From: Sediminibacterium sp.
GTDB taxonomy: Bacteria > Bacteroidota > Bacteroidia > Chitinophagales > Chitinophagaceae
Direction of reading: 5' to 3'
Assembly: GCA_036170555.1 (NCBI GenBank)
Contig: JAVHPL010000005.1
Location: 529-64,528, forward strand
DNA length: 64,000 bases
The translations under genes were made by a program, and so were the position numbers. Of this stretch, positions 61,622-64,000 are shown one piece after another; the stretch's first letter is position 1; each line of letters begins with the position of its first letter. The notes under the pieces were generated by a model that saw only the letters and a program-made list of their open reading frames with translations, was not told where the DNA came from and ran no database searches.

Positions 61622-62000
61622 AGAACCTGCTTAAACGGATATACACTAAAAATAGCAGGCAACCCACTGCATCTGCCAGTATATCTAGCTTTTCAAATGA
61701 ACGGCCTTCTACGGCTGATTCTTGATAATATTCAACCCCAATGCCATACAGTAAAAAAAAACCTGCAATCAGGATGGCCAATAAGCCTCCAATTCTTTTA
61801 AAACTGATGCTATAAATAGCTGTGGCGGCAGTAAAACAGAGGGTAAAAAAAATACCAGCATGAATGAATTTATCTAATTGTGGAATTTTTATCCAAATAA
61901 TGGAGGGAACTTGCGAACCTGGGAGTGTAAAAAGAAATAAACTACCAGCAAAAGCAATTAAAAATACAATCAAGGCTAAAAGAACAGGATATTTTTTCAT
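61620..62000 (-). CDS. VanZ-family membrane protein
   Basis: LDKFIHAGIF, YGIGVEYYQ, GRSFEKLDILADAVG. Confidence 0.85.
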   Translation of the reverse strand: MKKYPVLLALIVFLIAFAGSLFLFTLPGSQVPSIIWIKIPQLDKFIHAGIFFTLCFTAATAIYSISFKRIGGLLAILIAGFFLLYGIGVEYYQESAVEGRSFEKLDILADAVGCLLFLVYIRLSRF

Positions 62001-62012
62001 GGATAGGGTAAA

Positions 62013-63797
62013 CTAAGCAGTCCATTTTTCCATTACTTTTCTCAACTGCTCAATCGTAAATGGTTTAGTAATAATATCTTTCATTCCAACACTTAAACAA
62101 TCGTCTTCAGCCTCCTTTATAACATTGGCGGTCATGGCAATGATAACCGGTAATTTGCCCGGTTTACTATTTAAAATAATAGAAGTGGCTTCTAGTCCAT
62201 CCATTTCGGGCATGTGGATATCCATAAAAATTAAGTCGTAATCGTGTAAGCTGGCTAGGTCTACCGCCTCTCTTCCATTATTGGCAATATCAATAGAGTA
62301 TCCAATTTTCGAGAACATTTTTTTAGCCAATAATTGGTTCATGCTATTGTCTTCGGCCACTAGCATTTTAATGGGTTTCAATACCGAATCTGCAGAAATA
62401 AAAGGCGTTTTGTTTACAGGAGCGCTATGAACTTTTTTAACCAAATTAACTTGTACAGGAATAATAAATTTAAATGCACTGCCTTTGCCCTCCTCACTTT
62501 CAATCCAAATTCTACCACCCATTTCTTCAATAATTTTTCTGCAAATAGATAGGCCCAATCCAGTGCCACTATGCTTTCTGGTTGCGGTATTGTCTATTTG
62601 ACTAAAGGGCACAAATAAATTGCGTTTATGTTCTTCACTTATACCAATACCAGTATCAATTACCGCAAAATTAAGTTCTTGTAAAGATTCGTCTATGTGC
62701 AAAGCCGTTACCTCAATTTTAATAGTTCCTGTTTCGGTAAACTTAATGGCATTTCCTACCAGATTAATTAATATTTGTTTTATTCTACTCTCATCGGCAA
62801 TAATTTCTTTTTCAACTTTTGGATCAATCTGAACCAAAATAGTTAAGTCTTTTTTAAGGGCACTAATGCGAGGGTAACTAATGGCAATCACATTTTTAAT
62901 AATTAATTCTAAATTGGCAGGGCCTTCGAATAATTCTAATTTATCGGCTTCAATTTTAGAAATGTCTAGTACATCATTTACAATATCTAATAGTAAAGTA
63001 CTACTAGATTTTAGTGCTTGCATTAACTCCTCTTGTTCTTCAGATAATGTGGTATGATGCATTAAGTCAATAGTGCCAATAATGCCATTTAAAGGGGTTC
63101 TAATTTCATGGCTCATATTGGCCAAAAAGGTAGATTTTGCTTTAGTAGCTTCCTCTGCTTGTATTTTGGTTTCTGATAAATACTCACGCGATTCTTCTAA
63201 ATCAATAGATTTTTTTATGAGGCTCTCCCGATCCATATCGTAGGTACGCTTATACAAACTAATGGTTGCACCAATAATACCAAAATAAAGAAAGATGGTT
63301 AGGAGCGTATCCATCTGCCTTATATTTTCATTGGCATACGGTATAATCCATTGTGGGTTACGTTGTTCTACATAAATGAGTAACATTACAATGGCAATGG
63401 TAACGCCAATAAACGGAGAGTGAAATTTTTTAGGAAGAATCAACATGGCAACTACCAAAATAAGGCTATACGCAATAATAGTAGGTCCTTCAATTCCACC
63501 ATTAGTAAACCAAATAGGTACATAAAATAAGTGGCAGAAAATAATATACCAACCACTGATGGGTTTGTACAGATCTTTATAGCGAGAGAGGTAAAAGAAA
63601 TAAAAAGACATGACCAGCATACATAGAATAAGCCAGTTTAAAATTATATTTCTACCAAAAAAAATATTGCTAACAAAGCTGATGCTCATAGCAATAAAAA
63701 CAAGGAACGAAACAAAGTTAAAAATCTTATTCTCTAAAGAGATGACTTCTTTTTTTAATCCAATAAGTTTTTTAAGTTCGTAGTAGTTCATGTTCAA
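62013..63797 (-). CDS. Membrane-bound hybrid histidine kinase (TM sensor + HisKA + HATPase + REC); TTG 63797 or ATG 63791 start
   Basis: About 5 TMs, [37 protein letters not shown]. Confidence 0.92.
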   Translation of the reverse strand: MNMNYYELKKLIGLKKEVISLENKIFNFVSFLVFIAMSISFVSNIFFGRNIILNWLILCMLVMSFYFFYLSRYKDLYKPISGWYIIFCHLFYVPIWFTNGGIEGPTIIAYSLILVVAMLILPKKFHSPFIGVTIAIVMLLIYVEQRNPQWIIPYANENIRQMDTLLTIFLYFGIIGATISLYKRTYDMDRESLIKKSIDLEESREYLSETKIQAEEATKAKSTFLANMSHEIRTPLNGIIGTIDLMHHTTLSEEQEELMQALKSSSTLLLDIVNDVLDISKIEADKLELFEGPANLELIIKNVIAISYPRISALKKDLTILVQIDPKVEKEIIADESRIKQILINLVGNAIKFTETGTIKIEVTALHIDESLQELNFAVIDTGIGISEEHKRNLFVPFSQIDNTATRKHSGTGLGLSICRKIIEEMGGRIWIESEEGKGSAFKFIIPVQVNLVKKVHSAPVNKTPFISADSVLKPIKMLVAEDNSMNQLLAKKMFSKIGYSIDIANNGREAVDLASLHDYDLIFMDIHMPEMDGLEATSIILNSKPGKLPVIIAMTANVIKEAEDDCLSVGMKDIITKPFTIEQLRKVMEKWTA

Positions 63798-63958
63798 CTA
63801 TAATAGCATTAAAGATAATTGTATTTAACTATTCAGTAAGCAAAACAAGTTAACTATACCAATTTAGCTACACACAAATCCAATAGCATAACAGGTCAAG
63901 ATAAATTATTACTTGCCGATTATTCATTAAATAAAATACCTCCGTTTACATCAGTTGA

Positions 63959-64000
63959 TTATCCAACAAGTGATGCATAAGCATCCTTATTTAGTAATGC
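63959..64000 (-). CDS. gcvH: Probable 3' end of glycine cleavage H protein (window edge)
   Basis: Frame reads ALLNKDAYASLVG*, resembling the GcvH C-terminus (LL..AY..L.G*); only 13 residues visible. Confidence 0.5.
   Translation of the reverse strand, partial: ALLNKDAYASLVG

Noticed and set aside
63794-63857. Three (T/C)AACTAT copies upstream of the hybrid kinase
   Set aside because: Irregular spacing (31 and 25 bp) and low complexity

Overview
AT-rich, gene-dense chromosomal window from a Bacteroidota genome, probably Chitinophagaceae/Sediminibacterium-like. This is inferred from the protein families, TAnnTTTG -7 promoter boxes and the lack of obvious Shine-Dalgarno sites. It holds about 50 CDSs, mostly housekeeping (purF, FabH-like, manC, kdsD, recQ, pdxH, transketolase subunit, carB half, bcp, feoB, selD, birA, rsfS, ftsH, lpxH, MscS, UvrD-nuclease), plus four histidine kinases, an RND pair, an lva/ACAD11-like acyl-CoA operon and a GH18-CE4-GT2 fusion. 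I recognised no rRNA, tRNA, CRISPR array, transposase or integrase. Main leads: (1) an intact ORF that aligns by eye end-to-end with type III R-M Mod subunits but lacks both catalytic motifs and the target-recognition domain, has no Res partner, and lies divergent from an XRE regulator across an inverted repeat; (2) a MerR-type regulator with an N-terminal beta-clamp motif (QLDLF); (3) a cleanly terminated half-length CarB; (4) an HNOBA-type hybrid kinase without H-NOX; (5) two orphan terminators suggesting small non-coding transcripts. All family calls come from motif recognition and memory of family sequences, not database searches.
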